Shown here: piece by piece, positions 12,601 to 24,766 of the stretch
Numbering within the stretch: position 1 is the first letter of the stretch
Layout of the letters: every line of letters starts with the position of its first letter
Assembly (NCBI RefSeq): GCF_001194135.2
Contig: NC_068989.1
Span: 39,395,068-39,459,067, forward strand
Length of the DNA: 64,000 nucleotides
Direction: 5' to 3'
DNA from: Octopus bimaculoides
Lineage: Eukaryota
Notes under the pieces: generated by a model
The model's input: the letters and a program-made list of their open reading frames with translations, nothing else
Databases searched by the model: none
What the model was told of the DNA's origin: nothing
Translations under genes and position numbers: made by a program

Positions 12601-14009
12601 GACACAACTGCGACCTTTACCCACCTACTCTCTCTTTTTCTCCTGTACTTACTCACTTTTACTGACCTTGTATTTTGAGGGTCCACTCTGATAGACCAAC
12701 ATTACTATTTTATCCCTTTCCTGCTCGACACCATTTACTCCCTTCCATTTTTCTACAATGTGAGTAAATACGTAGCTTCTCTCCAGCAAGAAACCTGTTC
12801 ACTTTTGTTCTCTCAAACTCTAACCTCTCATCTCCAAGCATAAATCAGCCTCCCTCTCTCTGTATTATAGCTCCTCTCATTTGAAGTGGGTCTTAGCCTT
12901 GTAAGCTATATGGTGACCTCACTAATGCTGGTGTCATAAAAAGACCCCCAACACACTCTAAAGTGGTTGGTGTTAGGAAAGGCATGCTGTTACAGAAACC
13001 ATGCTGAAATGGCCATAGGAGCATGATGCAGTTTTCAGACTTGGATCTTACCAGACTATCGAATCCATACCAACATAGACCATGGACATTAGATGATGAT
13101 GATCATGTGTGTGTGTGTGTGAACATATATGAGAGAGTTGGAGAATGTAGTGTTGCTGATTATAAATATAAACAATAAAGCTTTGTAAAAATACTCCAAA
13201 GGTGTGTTCTGTATGCTAAGCACCCAATCAATGTTGAATATCATGTATTTAATATAGTGAATTAAAAGTTTCTGATACACAAAGATTATCCTTGTAATTT
13301 GAAAACAGAAATTAGAGTTATCTTACTTTGTTGTTTTAAGATTTTGAACTCTAAAATGAGTTTTTAACTTTTAACTGAAGGCATAATCTCAGTTAATGGA
13401 AGATTTTCAAATCATTATATTTCATATGTGACCCCCAATTGTCCTGGTTGCTACCAAATCTTATGATATAGGTATAATAATGTGTATTATTGGCTAGTTT
13501 TAATGATGACATAACATATTTTGTTAAATGTCTTAAATTCTTATGTTTGCAAAAAAAATAGAAAAATAAAGTACTCAAGAGAATTGAAATTTTAATACAA
13601 AATAGTATTTAAAGTATAGGGCAGAGTAATAATAAGAAGAGAAAGAGCTGCAGGTGCTTGGGTAGACATGACTAGAGATAGTAGATGGTTTGTTTATTCT
13701 GAGGGGCCTTATTGGAGTAGCAATATACAGAAGGTATAGTAGCATTTTGTCCATCCTTATGTGTTGAGTTCAAATTCTGCCAAGGTCATCTTTGCCTTTT
13801 GGAGCCAAAAAAATCAAGTACCTGTTGAGCACTAGGATCAATGTAATTGAATTAACCCCTTCCTGAAATTGCTGGCCTTGTGCCAAAATTTGAAACCAGT
13901 ATAATAGACAGAGGAAATGGTATGTTTAAGGATCAGTGTCATTGACTAGTGAAGAACAGATCACTGTCAATTGGCCAAATATATTTTCTTTTACAGTCTA
14001 TATGATGTT

Positions 14010-14990
14010 TTTGTGTGTAGCAGTATTCCAACATGTACTCTGTATATCATAGTGTTTCTTGAAATTTGTACTAGAACAGAAATGGTAAGTAACTACTAGA
14101 AATCAGAATGGAAGTATTTTGTAAATGCAAAGAGCAAGTTGTATATGTGACATCAGTCCACAACAATCAGAGGTTGTACATTAATGTTTATGGCGAGAAA
14201 TTCTTTTGTAGCAGCAATAACTTTGAGTGTATCAGTTATGAGTTTTTCTTGCATACAGATGATACAAGGTTTCAAAACAGTTCTCTCCATATATGTAGCA
14301 AGTGTCTTGATTCTGTTGGAAGAGACTAAGCTGTCATGTCTCCATTGAAAAGTATGTTGATGGTCTCAATCATTGAATCAATGAAAGTCTTCTAGCAGTG
14401 TCTGGGGTGTATGCATAGAGAATATTAAGCATAATGTAGAGTCAATAACAAAGATTAGCATGATAAGAAAAGCTAACACTTTATTATCAATGTATAAAAG
14501 ATAAAGTGAAGGGAACATAACACAACCCTTAGTTACACCAGAAGGGAAACAATGGGATAGCACATTACAGTAAGGGTTCTGAGAGAGAAATATTGAATCT
14601 AGAGATGGAATCCTAGTTAAGAAATTTAGCTAGATGTCTCATGCTAAATACAACAAACTGAATAAATATAATGAAAGATAAGATTAATTTTGTTGAGGCT
14701 TTCAACTGTGAAAACTTCTGGTGAGTGATGTAGGAGGCAAGACATATTTATGTGCTGTATAGTTTGTGTTTATCATCCAACTACTTGACAACAGGTGTTG
14801 GTAGTCAGGAAAAAAGAAAGATGATGAAAAAGATGATTGATAATGACTGTCTTTATCTCTGTGGAGCTGTTAGAAGAGAGAGTGGTAAGTTGGCAGTTAG
14901 AACAGGCTGCCTGTGGTAGGCATAGGTACCAGTGGTGGGGAAATATTGTAAGGTTTTTAAAGCTAATCTTACTACATATTTGAAGGTGAA
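14010..14990 (-). mobile_element. CR1/Jockey-like LINE, RT remnant
   Basis: SGVTKGCVMFPSLYLLYID...IFVIDSTL corresponds to a decayed SGVPQGS.L.P.LFL.YIND...FADDSTL. Confidence 0.7.
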
Positions 14991-15929
14991 AACACACATT
15001 ACCTTACTGGGTTGAAGTTTTCATGTTCTGATATTTTATAACTGTGTATATAGGACTGAATAGGATTCAGAGTGTAGTTTTCTTAGCAATATTCAAGGTC
15101 AATTTAGAAGTTAAAGTGGTTAACAAATTTAATGAGTTTATTTGCAGAGATCTTACTTACAGATACATTTCAGTGGAAAAATTATGAATAAGAGGATTGT
15201 GTAGATCAGAGAACTCAGCTGCAGTTTGGGAGGTGAGAGAACTTGCAGAATGGACATTGGAAAAAAAAAAGCTATTCTTTACCCATCACTGAAATATTTT
15301 GATGACTGCCAAGAAAATAAAGTTTTCCCAATTGGTAAAGATGGGTGACTTCTTCAAGATCTACTTTAGACAGTATCATAGCTATTTTCAAGTACAACTA
15401 AATAATATTAGTAATAGTTGTAGGAGCAGTAATAGTAGCAACAGTAGTAGTTGTAGTAGCAGTAGTTGCAAAAGCATCAGCCTGGTGGCATTCATAATGT
15501 TAGTAGTTGTTTCTGACATGATGGTATTGGAAGTGAGAATTAGAGAATTAGATTTTTCAAAATACTAAAATACCAATTACACAGACTGAGAGAAATCTGA
15601 AAGTTTGTTTGATATTACAAAGTGGTTATCTAACCAGCAGCTGTCACAGTACTTTATCACATTACACAGATAATAGACCACATCACAAGAAGCAAAAGTA
15701 AAATGTCATCTAATTCTTTCATCTTAAAAGATTTTCTTTAAAATTTAAAGTCATGTGTATATGGTTTGCAAGATTTTTTGATGTGAAATAGTGTTAAAAC
15801 AGATTTTGTTCTTTTTTGAGATAGTCATTGTACCCAATAAATAAACACATACACTCATTATCACCCTGTATCTCTTTCCTCCACACATATTCTCACTTAC
15901 ATCCCCAGTTAATGGCAAAAGAAAGTGTA

Positions 15930-16147
15930 CGAGGAATGCTGAAAAGCTCCTGGTTTGGGGCAAAAGAAAATACAAGAGGATCAGTTAATTATGATTTTAT
16001 TCAACATATGCCTCTCTCAGAGTCACACACTTATTACAGCTATCCTTCAGTTTTTCTAAGCCCTGTAAAAGGACTGGGAAGGTTAGGTCTTCCAACCAGG
16101 CATTTCACAATACCCTTAAAGCCAAAAACTTTTCAGCACCCCTATCA
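15930..16147 (-). mobile_element. Mariner-derived MITE (internal deletion derivative)
   Basis: TIRs cgaggaatgctgaaaagctcctgg / rc tgataggggtgctgaaaagtttttgg with TA flanks. Retains the transposase C-terminus QGLEKLKDSCNKCVTLREAYVE*. Confidence 0.8.
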
Positions 16148-16602
16148 TATATACTGGGACTATATAGTGTACATTGCTTGGTATTCCATAAACACTAGCA
16201 CTATTAACTCTTTTGTTATCATAATTCTGTTGAAGTATGCCGCCTTTGTTTTAATTAAATTTGAAAATAATGAATTTAGTATCATAGAACCAGGAACAAG
16301 TTCAGCTAACAGAATTGCACATAGTTTCCAACCACTCAGTTTCACTTACGAAACATGGGTTCACTCATTACTCTGGTGAAAAACACTTGCCAAAGATGCT
16401 ACACAATGGTATTGAACCTAAACACACTTAATTACAAAATAAAAATCTTAACCAGGACAGCAGGTTTCTCTTTCTCTCTCTCTCTCTTTCTCTCAGTCAC
16501 AAATCATATTTACACGTGTGTGTTTGTCAGTTTCTGTCTACACATATAGAGACAAACAGATAGATAGATAGATAGATAAGCTAGAGAGATAAATAGACTG
16601 AT

Positions 16603-16633
<31 letters not shown>

Positions 16634-16698
16634 CAATTTCTTTCTTTGAAGGAATTAAAAACAAAAATGTAACAAAAATTTTAACAAACAAAAAAAAA

Positions 16699-17626
16699 AG
16701 AGAAATTCATTAGCTTCTTAAAGAAAACAATAAAACCAAAAAAATCCTAACAGAATCAAAAGCCAACAATAGAAGATTTGTTTAAAGAATTCACCAGTTA
16801 GAAATAAAGCTTCCTTATTTTTCTGTTTCAGTTCCACAGTTTTGTATTGTCTTCCCTCCTCCATCTCTTTTTTAAATTTTTTATTTTTTATTTTGTCTCT
16901 TCTAAGAAAAGTATCTTTTCTGAAATCAAGACTCATACAAAAAAAAAACAAAAAAAATAAAAATGGAAAAGAAAACAATCAAGCACACAAGAACCTGTTT
17001 ATTGTCTAACATTTAATTAGATTCTACTTTTCAGATTACTTTCTGATGGAAAGCAAAAAGGTGCTACAGCTAAAAAGTCTAAAGTATTTAACCATCATTT
17101 CTCAAGGATTAGGTTTGATTCCTACCAGCTTCTTTGTGTGGATTTGTAATACAAGTACAAGGCTACAAATTTTGGAAGATTGAACAGACCTCATTTGATA
17201 TAGCTTGGTGTCAGTATAATAGCAGTGGTCACAAAAGTGTACACTGCATTGAGCAATAAACGCAGAAATGACTAGAATCTTTGGTCTGGGTATTCACACC
17301 AAGCAATCTGTTTAAAAGTCTTTCTTAGTTTTGGTTTCTGTCCCCATAGGTAAGAATGCTCTCTACACAAGCCCTGAAGATGGTCAGCCTTGCTGATTTA
17401 AAAATATTTGATTTCCATATCATAATTTTCAGACTTCTACAGCCTAATTAAAATACAAATATCATCCAAATATCACCCAAATTCATTAGCTTCTTAAAGA
17501 AAGCAATAAAACCAAAAAATTCCCAACAGAATCAAAAGCCAACAATAGAAGATTTGTTTAAAGAATTCACCAGTTAGAAATAAAGCTTCCTTACTTTTCT
17601 ATTTCAGTTCCACAGTTTTGTATTGG
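16699..17626. repeat. ~150-bp direct repeat pair (16699-16848 and 17479-17626)
   Basis: aaattcattagcttcttaaagaaa...ccacagttttgtattg occurs twice, nearly identical. Confidence 0.9.
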
Positions 17627-17782
17627 TATGCTAGTATGCTGTAGTGAAATGTATTTTTTGTTGTGACAGCTTGAAAAAGGAAGAAGAAATTGCTTCAGTT
17701 ATTAAATGATGCGTTATTAAAGTGCAGGTTAACACCTTAATGTGAGAAAGCTAATTTGACTTCAGTGGGATTGTGTCGTCAT

Positions 17783-18152
17783 GCCACTCTGTCAGTTATA
17801 ACGACGAGGGTTCCAGTTGATCCAATCAATGGAACAGCCTGCTCATGAAATTAATGTGTAAGTGGCTGAGGACTCCACAGACATGTCCCCTTATTGTAGT
17901 TCTTGGGGAGATTCAGCGTGACAGTGTATGACAAGGCTGGCCCTTTGAAATACAGGTACAACAGAAGCAGGAAAAAAGAGAGAAAGTTGTAGTGAAAGAG
18001 TACAGCAAGGTTCGTCACCACCCTCTGCCAGAGCCTCTTGGAGTTTTAGGAGTTTTTGCTCAATAAACCCTGACAACACCCGGTCTGGGAATCAAAACTG
18101 CGATCCCAAGACCACAAGTCTGCTGCCCTAGCCACTGAGCCATTGCACCTCC
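17783..18152 (-). mobile_element. tRNA-derived SINE (same family as 1528-1847)
   Basis: Shared ttccagttgatccaatcaatggaacag...ggagattcagcgtgaca tail. tRNA-like head at 18090-18152. Confidence 0.75.
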
Positions 18153-19084
18153 AGGATTACGTAGCAAACTTTTTATACAATGGTATAATGGTGTCAATAG
18201 CAGACTGTTAATGCAAGGGAGATAACTATTTCTTCATAATATTTGATGGGATTAGAAGCTTGAATTTGAAATTAAGGAATAAGGAAAAAAATGCATAAAA
18301 TATATACATTTATTTATTATCATGTTTACTTATTACAAATTCTTAAAATCACTAGCCAATGGTAATCTTGCATAGCAGTTTCATTCCTGTTTCATTCATC
18401 AGAATGACAAATTGAGGTATATGAAATATTTCATGAAGCAAAACATTTCTTATTGATGGAAAATAATGACAGTATGGAAGAAATTCATGAAATTTATGTT
18501 TTTATGTTTTTCTCTTTAGACAGATCGACTATTAATAGTTTTTACATACATCTGACTAAATACTAATGAAAAACAATAGAGATGAAGTTTATCTACATTT
18601 TTGTCTAATATGTGTAAAAATTAATAACCTAATGGAACCACTTTACAGTAAGAAATAGCAGCAAGTCTCCCTTAGTCATACTTTACAATCTTAAAATGAA
18701 ACGTCATTGAATAAGGTAGGCACTGATATACATATAAAAACATTGGTTGGTCATGGGTGGAATGGCATTGAGCATAGGTCTTCTTGAACAAGCTTGACAA
18801 TGGACATAAAGAACACCACCATAAAGGGGTATAATTCAAATAAAGTCTTCATTTACTGAACACAAAAAGGTCAGATTAATATCCATTCTGTTTTTGCAAA
18901 CCCCCAAAGTTTGATACAAGAAACTCTTGTACTGTACATATTTCTACATGCTGTTAGCTTAATTTTGAAATATAAGATATCTTCATAAATCTTTGATCAA
19001 TGTTTGCATTCTGTTTACAAATAACACACACACACACACACATTCAAATATACATATACATACATACACACATACATACGTACA

Positions 19085-21317
19085 TGATGGCCATCCACTC
19101 ATTACCGAGGAAGAGCATTGCTGACCTTCAAGAACATTGTGCGCTTTAGGACTAACTTATATTTTGCATTTGCAGTTCTGTTGGTATCTAATGAGCCCTG
19201 CTCTTGACAAGCATACACGACTGCAAACATTGCAAACAAAGCTTTTGCCATTCACTACACCAGCAGTGTGCTTTAGAGTAGCATGCTTAAGTTCTTCATG
19301 CAGAATACGTGCTCTCTCAAAGGTGTTGACCCCCTCCTTAACCTGCTTCCTCCATCTGCAGCGATGACAGACATTGCTCTCCCAGTCAGTCACCAGCCTT
19401 TAATGAGGACTTGACACAGTCCTTAAATCACAGCCTTGATTTCTGCTGGGGTCTCTTTCCATTAACAAGTTCCCCATATAGCATCTACTTCGGGATCCTG
19501 CTATTCTTCTTTCTAATATGGTGCCCAGTCAAATGTAACCAGTGCATGTGCACCATCACCTCAATACTCAAGATATCAGTTGTCCTCAGGACTTATATGT
19601 CTGGAGTTTCTAAGCTCCAGCCAACATTCAGAATGTGTCTGAGACATCTTTGATGAAAGTGTTCAAGGACCCTTATATGACGTTTGTAAAGGGTCCATGT
19701 CTCACATGAGTAAAGGAGCGATGTCAGCACACATACACAGTACACTGAATTTTGTTTACTTTGTGATGCCATGCTGGGACCAGACACGAGACTGAAGAGA
19801 CTGGAAAGAATCAGTTGCTCTCTGCGACCTGAAAGATATTTCATCATCCAGAGAGCAAGAACGGCTGAGTGTGCTGCCCAGGTAGACAAACTTGTCTACC
19901 ACTTTCAGAATTGTTCCTTCAACCAAGATAACTGGTTCCACATATGGATTTCCTGGTGCAGGCTGGAACATTACAACAGTCTTGTCCAGGTTAATGCTGA
20001 GTCCAAATGCCTTGTAAGAAGCAGAAATACAATTCTTAAATATTTGCATGTCATCCACTGTATGAGTGACTAAATCACAGTCAACTGCATAAAGGAGGTC
20101 ATGAATAAGAGACTGGAAAACTCTTGAATTAGCAGCAAATCGGTGCAGTTTAAAGGGGTATCCAGATGCTCGATACCTGACATATATTCCCAGAGAGCTA
20201 ACCTTAGTGAAAGCATGAGTAAAAGCAGCAGCAAAGTACAAAGAAAAGAGTGTTGGGGCAAGGATGTCACCCTGCTCTTGACACTAGTCTCTACAGGAAT
20301 GGGTCCCACCATGCTACCAACATTGACCCAAGCTTCCATCCCATCATGAAATGATTTAATTATAGATACAAAGTGATCCGGACATCCAAGTTTGCCAAGT
20401 ATTTTCCATAGTAAGGCCCTATACACAGTATCAAATGCCTTCATTAAATCAATGAATACTTGGACAATATCCATATTCTGCTCATAGCACTTCTCCTGCA
20501 TCTGTCTTGCTGTGAAAATCATATCCATTGTCCCTCTACCAGATCGGAAGCCACATTGAGATTCAGATAGGACATCATTTACGAGACACCCATTCAGACG
20601 GGTAAGAAGAATATTTGCTAGAACCTTGCCAGCAGCTGATAATAGAGCAATACTTCTGTAGTTACCACACATTGTTCTGGCTCCTTTTCCTTTATATAGA
20701 GGAAGAATAATTGCATCCTTCCAGTGCTTAAGCATTGCACCATCCCTCCAGACTGCTTTTAATAAGTTCATGAAGGGAGTGTATGATGTAATCACCATCA
20801 AATCGCAAGACCTCAGCACAAATTCCATCCCTTCCAGGTGCCCTACGAAGATTCAATTTACTTATTGATGTCATTATCACATCTATTGAGGGCATGGAAT
20901 TTAAGGAGCCAATAATAGAGCTTTGTTGCATAGTATCAATCACTGTTTCATCCACAACTGACTCATAGTTCAGGAGTTCAGAGAAGTGTTCAATCCAGCA
21001 ACCTGTGATTTCTGTTGATATAGTTAATGGAGTAGAAAGACTCCTTGGAAAGCAAAGGAGCTGATGCAGAGTTCTTAGGCCCATAAACTTGCTTCATCAG
21101 ATGGTAAAGCTTCTTATTGTCACTTGCATCAGCAGCAGCCTGAACATCACGTGGAAGATCCTCCTACCAAGTGTTCTGCATCTTCCTGAGAGATTGCTGA
21201 GATTTTATACCGCTACTGTGGGCAAGTGCTAGATTTCGCTGCACAGCTGAAAGTTCTCTGTGCAGCAATACATTGTGGGCATGGCCCTTTGCAGCCAGTA
21301 GTTACTGAACTTCTTCA
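19085..21317 (-). mobile_element. RTE-clade LINE, 5'-truncated and frameshifted, with C-terminal C2H2-like finger
   Basis: WKDAIILPLYKGKG..CGNYRSIALLS, ESQCGFRSGRGTMDMIF, VFIDLMKAFD, LLYAVD, FVYLGSTLS, SLLYSCETW, MLYGEL and FVCNVCSRVCLSRAGL. Confidence 0.95.
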
Positions 21318-21336
21318 TACATACACACACATATAT

Positions 21337-21368
<32 letters not shown>

Positions 21369-21405
21369 TTAATAACCATTGTCCATTCTGGCATGGGTAT
21401 TGTTG

Positions 21406-21613
21406 CTAAGTGTGACTAAGGATGCCAAAGTGCCTACATTGCTAGAAATAAGAGTTAAAATTCTCTTAATGGTGTAGCATGGGCACAAAATGTATATGCA
21501 CATGTTGACAGGGGAGGCAACTGCCCCATGACCATGCCTCCCATCAGCATTAAGAGTGTTTTAACTTTTATTCCTGGCAATGTAAGTGCTTCAGCATCCT
21601 TAGTCACACTTAG
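21406..21613. repeat. 208-bp hairpin element with 69-bp inverted arms (MITE-like)
   Basis: Arms 21406-21474 and 21545-21613, 58/69 identical, outer 20 bp perfect. Confidence 0.85.
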
Positions 21614-21759
21614 GGATGATTGAATTTTTTCTATATGGTATCACATTTCATCTGGCTGTTTATATTTATAAAATACATCAAGTTCAAGACATCACCAATG
21701 AGTGAAAATTTTGTAGACACATGAACAATAAGTACAGGACGAATTACCAAAATTTGGTA

Positions 21760-22762
21760 ATTTGGTAATTTACAGAGATTTTGTACACTGTAATGAAGAT
21801 AAACTGACAATATATAAGCAAAAAATACATATACACACTGATGAAATTTTGCGTACAGATACTAATACATACATGCACTTCCTGCATATACATTACATCT
21901 AATTACCCATGAAATGTATGCACGGGAAATGCATGTATATATTGGTATCTGTATGCAAAAATTTATCAGTGTATATATGTATGTTTTGCTTATATATTGT
22001 TGGTTTATCATTACTGAGGAGTACAAAGAAATCTTCATTACAGAGCACTAAAAATTTTAAGATACAGGATTATCCAAAATTTGTAAATCTTCTTGCTCAT
22101 TTCCTTGCATTTGGCCTCGGGTTATAAGTAGAGAACAAATTTAGAGTGGATTGTAGGTATTTGACATTTACTTCTAGCTGACATTCCAGTGCCCCTAATT
22201 ATGATTATATTTTTATAATTATATACTTAAAAATTAATTTTACTGACATGGTCAATTTTTTATATGCTAGCCACTGATGTAATCATGTTAATGATTATAT
22301 CCTCAATTTATAAGTATAAATAATTTTGAGTTCTCTAGTCATTATATCATGCTACTATATGATTTCTGATGTTAACAGCATGGCCAAGATGGGTGACTAG
22401 ATGTAATGTATAGACAGAAAATGTATGTATGTATTGGTACCTGTATGCAAAAATTTATTGATATGTATATGTATTTTTTCTGATATATTATTTGTTTATC
22501 TCTACTGAGGAGTGCAAAGTAATTTTCCATTACAGAGCATGAAATCTTAAGATATAGAATTATCCAAAATTTGTAAATCTTCTTGCTCATTTCCTTGTAC
22601 TCAGCCTTGGGGTATAAATAGAGAGCAAATTTAAAGTGGACTGTAGGTATTTGACATCTACTTCTAGTGTATAGGTGTTGACATTCCAGTAACCATACTT
22701 ATAATTATATTTTTATAATTATATACTTAAAAACTAATTTTACCAATATGGTCATTTTTTTT
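21760..22762. repeat. Local inverted plus tandem duplication of a ~340-bp AT-rich unit
   Basis: Direct copies at ~21932-22265 and ~22422-22762. Inverted partial copy at ~21760-21900. Confidence 0.8.
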
Positions 22763-22774
22763 ATACACATGAGT

Positions 22775-22932
22775 TAGGTGTAACTGTGTGGTAAGTAGCT
22801 TGCTTACAAACCACATGGTTCAGGGTTCAGTCCCACTGTGTGGCACCTTGGGCAAGTGTCTTCTACTATAGCCTCGGGCTGACCAAAGCCTTGTGAGTAG
22901 ATTTGGTAGATGAAAACTGAAAGAAGCCCGTC

Positions 22933-22933
<1 letters not shown>
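22775..22933 (+). mobile_element. tRNA-derived SINE (most abundant family; head ...gtggtaagtagcttgct...gggttcagtcccactg...ccttgggcaagtgtcttctactatagcc)
   Basis: Near-identical copies at ~33022, 34790(-), 42085, 43010(-), 44701, 46585, 46818, 47871 and 55353. Ends in (TA)n or (TG)n. Confidence 0.85.
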
Positions 22934-22979
<46 letters not shown>

Positions 22980-23643
22980 TAATAGTAATCGTTTCTTATT
23001 AGGAAACAAATTAGTTTTTTACAGAACTGCAAGGAGAAGTGCACAAGTTAATTAAGACAGGGATGAAAAATTATTAGTTACAGAATAAAAGCATTACATT
23101 TGGGTCAACGACTCAACATACAACAGTCCCCTCAATAAACGGTCATATATAAGAAATACATCAAAGTCCACAACTACATAAGAAAATATATATAAAAAAT
23201 AAAATAGAACATAAAACACACAATATAAAAATTTATATATTTTTTTTTTTCTACTAACATACAAATAAATCAAATTTGAGTTAAAAATATAACACAATAT
23301 ATATATATATATTTTTTTTTTTATAATTTCAATTCAAATAAAATTAAGCGATTAAAAATTCAAAATAGACAAATAAAGCAAAATAGAACAAGATAAAATG
23401 AGGTAAAATAAAATACTATAATAGTCCATCGGCTAAAATACTATAACTGATGACAAACTTTAAAATGACAAAAAACTTTTAAATAATTTAACATCATTTA
23501 AAGTTAAATTAGAAAGTCTTGTACTTCCCTCAAGGTACATGTAATAACAGCAGACTTCCAAAGGTAAAATCCGTCTCTGCTCACCAAATTTACAAAAGTT
23601 CATAAAAACAACTGGTCAAAAACATAGGTCAAAACACACACAA

Positions 23644-23730
23644 GCACCTATGGCCATTTCAAGGGTTCGCCACCAAAGTTCATACACGTCATAGTGCAAT
23701 CCGGTGATGACCCCCCCTCCTCAGAGTAAC
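23644..23730 (-). ncRNA. Type I hammerhead ribozyme motif in the PLE pseudo-LTR
   Basis: gttact-CTGAGGA-extended stem II-GAAA-T-GGCC-A-T-A-ggtgc. Core intact, short stem III with palindromic GGCC loop, AUA triplet. Stem I is weak. Confidence 0.6.
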
Positions 23731-23795
23731 AATTACAAACAAACATCAGGACATACAAAAGAAATTATTTTTTTGTATATGACAGAACCCGTCAA

Positions 23796-24449
23796 GTGGA
23801 CATAATTGAGGGTTCCTATTCTGGAACGCCAAATTTGGCATCTATTATTGCATCTCTAAATAGAAGCAAGTTGAATAAAATAGAGCAATGCAAACGGCCC
23901 TGCAATGGAAACCCCAGCTCTGGGAAGATTGGGTACAATACAAATAAGACTAGTGAGACCAGCTCTTCACTCCTTCCTGCTGTGTCGAACCCTGGTAATG
24001 GAAAAAGGAAAAATGCGGATGTGGGAAACCTTCAATTATGTCCTCTTGACAGGTTCTGTCGGAGCACAAATGTAATTTATAAATGCGTTGTTAAGGATGA
24101 GGACAATTCAAATAAGTTCTATATAGGAAGTACGATAGATTTCAAAGCAAGATATAGAGCACATTTGAGTTCATTTTCAAATGAAAAGTATTGCAACTCC
24201 ACAACTCTCACATCCTATGTACATGACCATAAGAAGAAAAATAAGAAATACTCTCTTGAATAGTTGATTGTATCGAGAGCCCCTAATTTTAGAGCAAATA
24301 TTAGCAAATATCTATTATATATTAGGGAATCCCTTGCTATACTTAGGTTGTTTGGGTCGAAAACTTTAAATAAATTCATTGAAGTGATCCCTTTTTGCAA
24401 TCATAGGTTTTCCTCCACTTTCTTGAAGGTATATAGAAAAAAAAAATAG
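23796..24449 (+). pseudogene. PLE linker plus GIY-YIG endonuclease remnant (one in-frame stop at ~24261)
   Basis: ORFs 23796-24263 and 24264-24449 are contiguous in the same frame. Confidence 0.85.
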
Positions 24450-24646
24450 AAAATATAAATATAAATAAGATTATTTGTCTGCGTTAGGGTGATTTGAAAC
24501 CTCGAGGATTACATTAGTTACTATAGCCAATTTGAATTTTTTTTTGTTTTTTTTTAATATTCATGACTTGGACTAGTCTTTCCCTCTTGACTATATAAGC
24601 CTGTCATAGACAAAAAAATAATTTCTTTTGTATGTCCTCATGTTTG

Positions 24647-24766
24647 NNNNNNNNNNNNNNNNNNNNNNNNNNNNNNNNNNNNNNNNNNNNNNNNNNNNNN
24701 NNNNNNNNNNNNNNNNNNNNNNNNNNNNNNNNNNNNNNNNNNNNNNNNNNNNNNNNNNNNNNNNNN
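24647..24766. other. Assembly gap (other gaps: 6718-6838, 28264-28526, 30029-30080, 39925-39934, 44316-44497)
   Basis: N runs. Confidence 0.99.

Noticed and set aside
13996-14090. + strand exon-like segment with strong acceptor and GTAAGT donor
   Set aside because: Lies antisense to the 3' end of the CR1-like LINE. The peptide is unrecognisable.
15828-16379. Longest ORF in the track (183 aa, + strand)
   Set aside because: It is a chance read-through of flank plus the antisense strand of a mariner MITE (15930-16147) plus flank. No domain is recognisable.
22010-22040. CTGAGGAgtacaaaGAAA hammerhead-like string
   Set aside because: Stem II cannot form, and the GAAA is absent in the duplicate copy.
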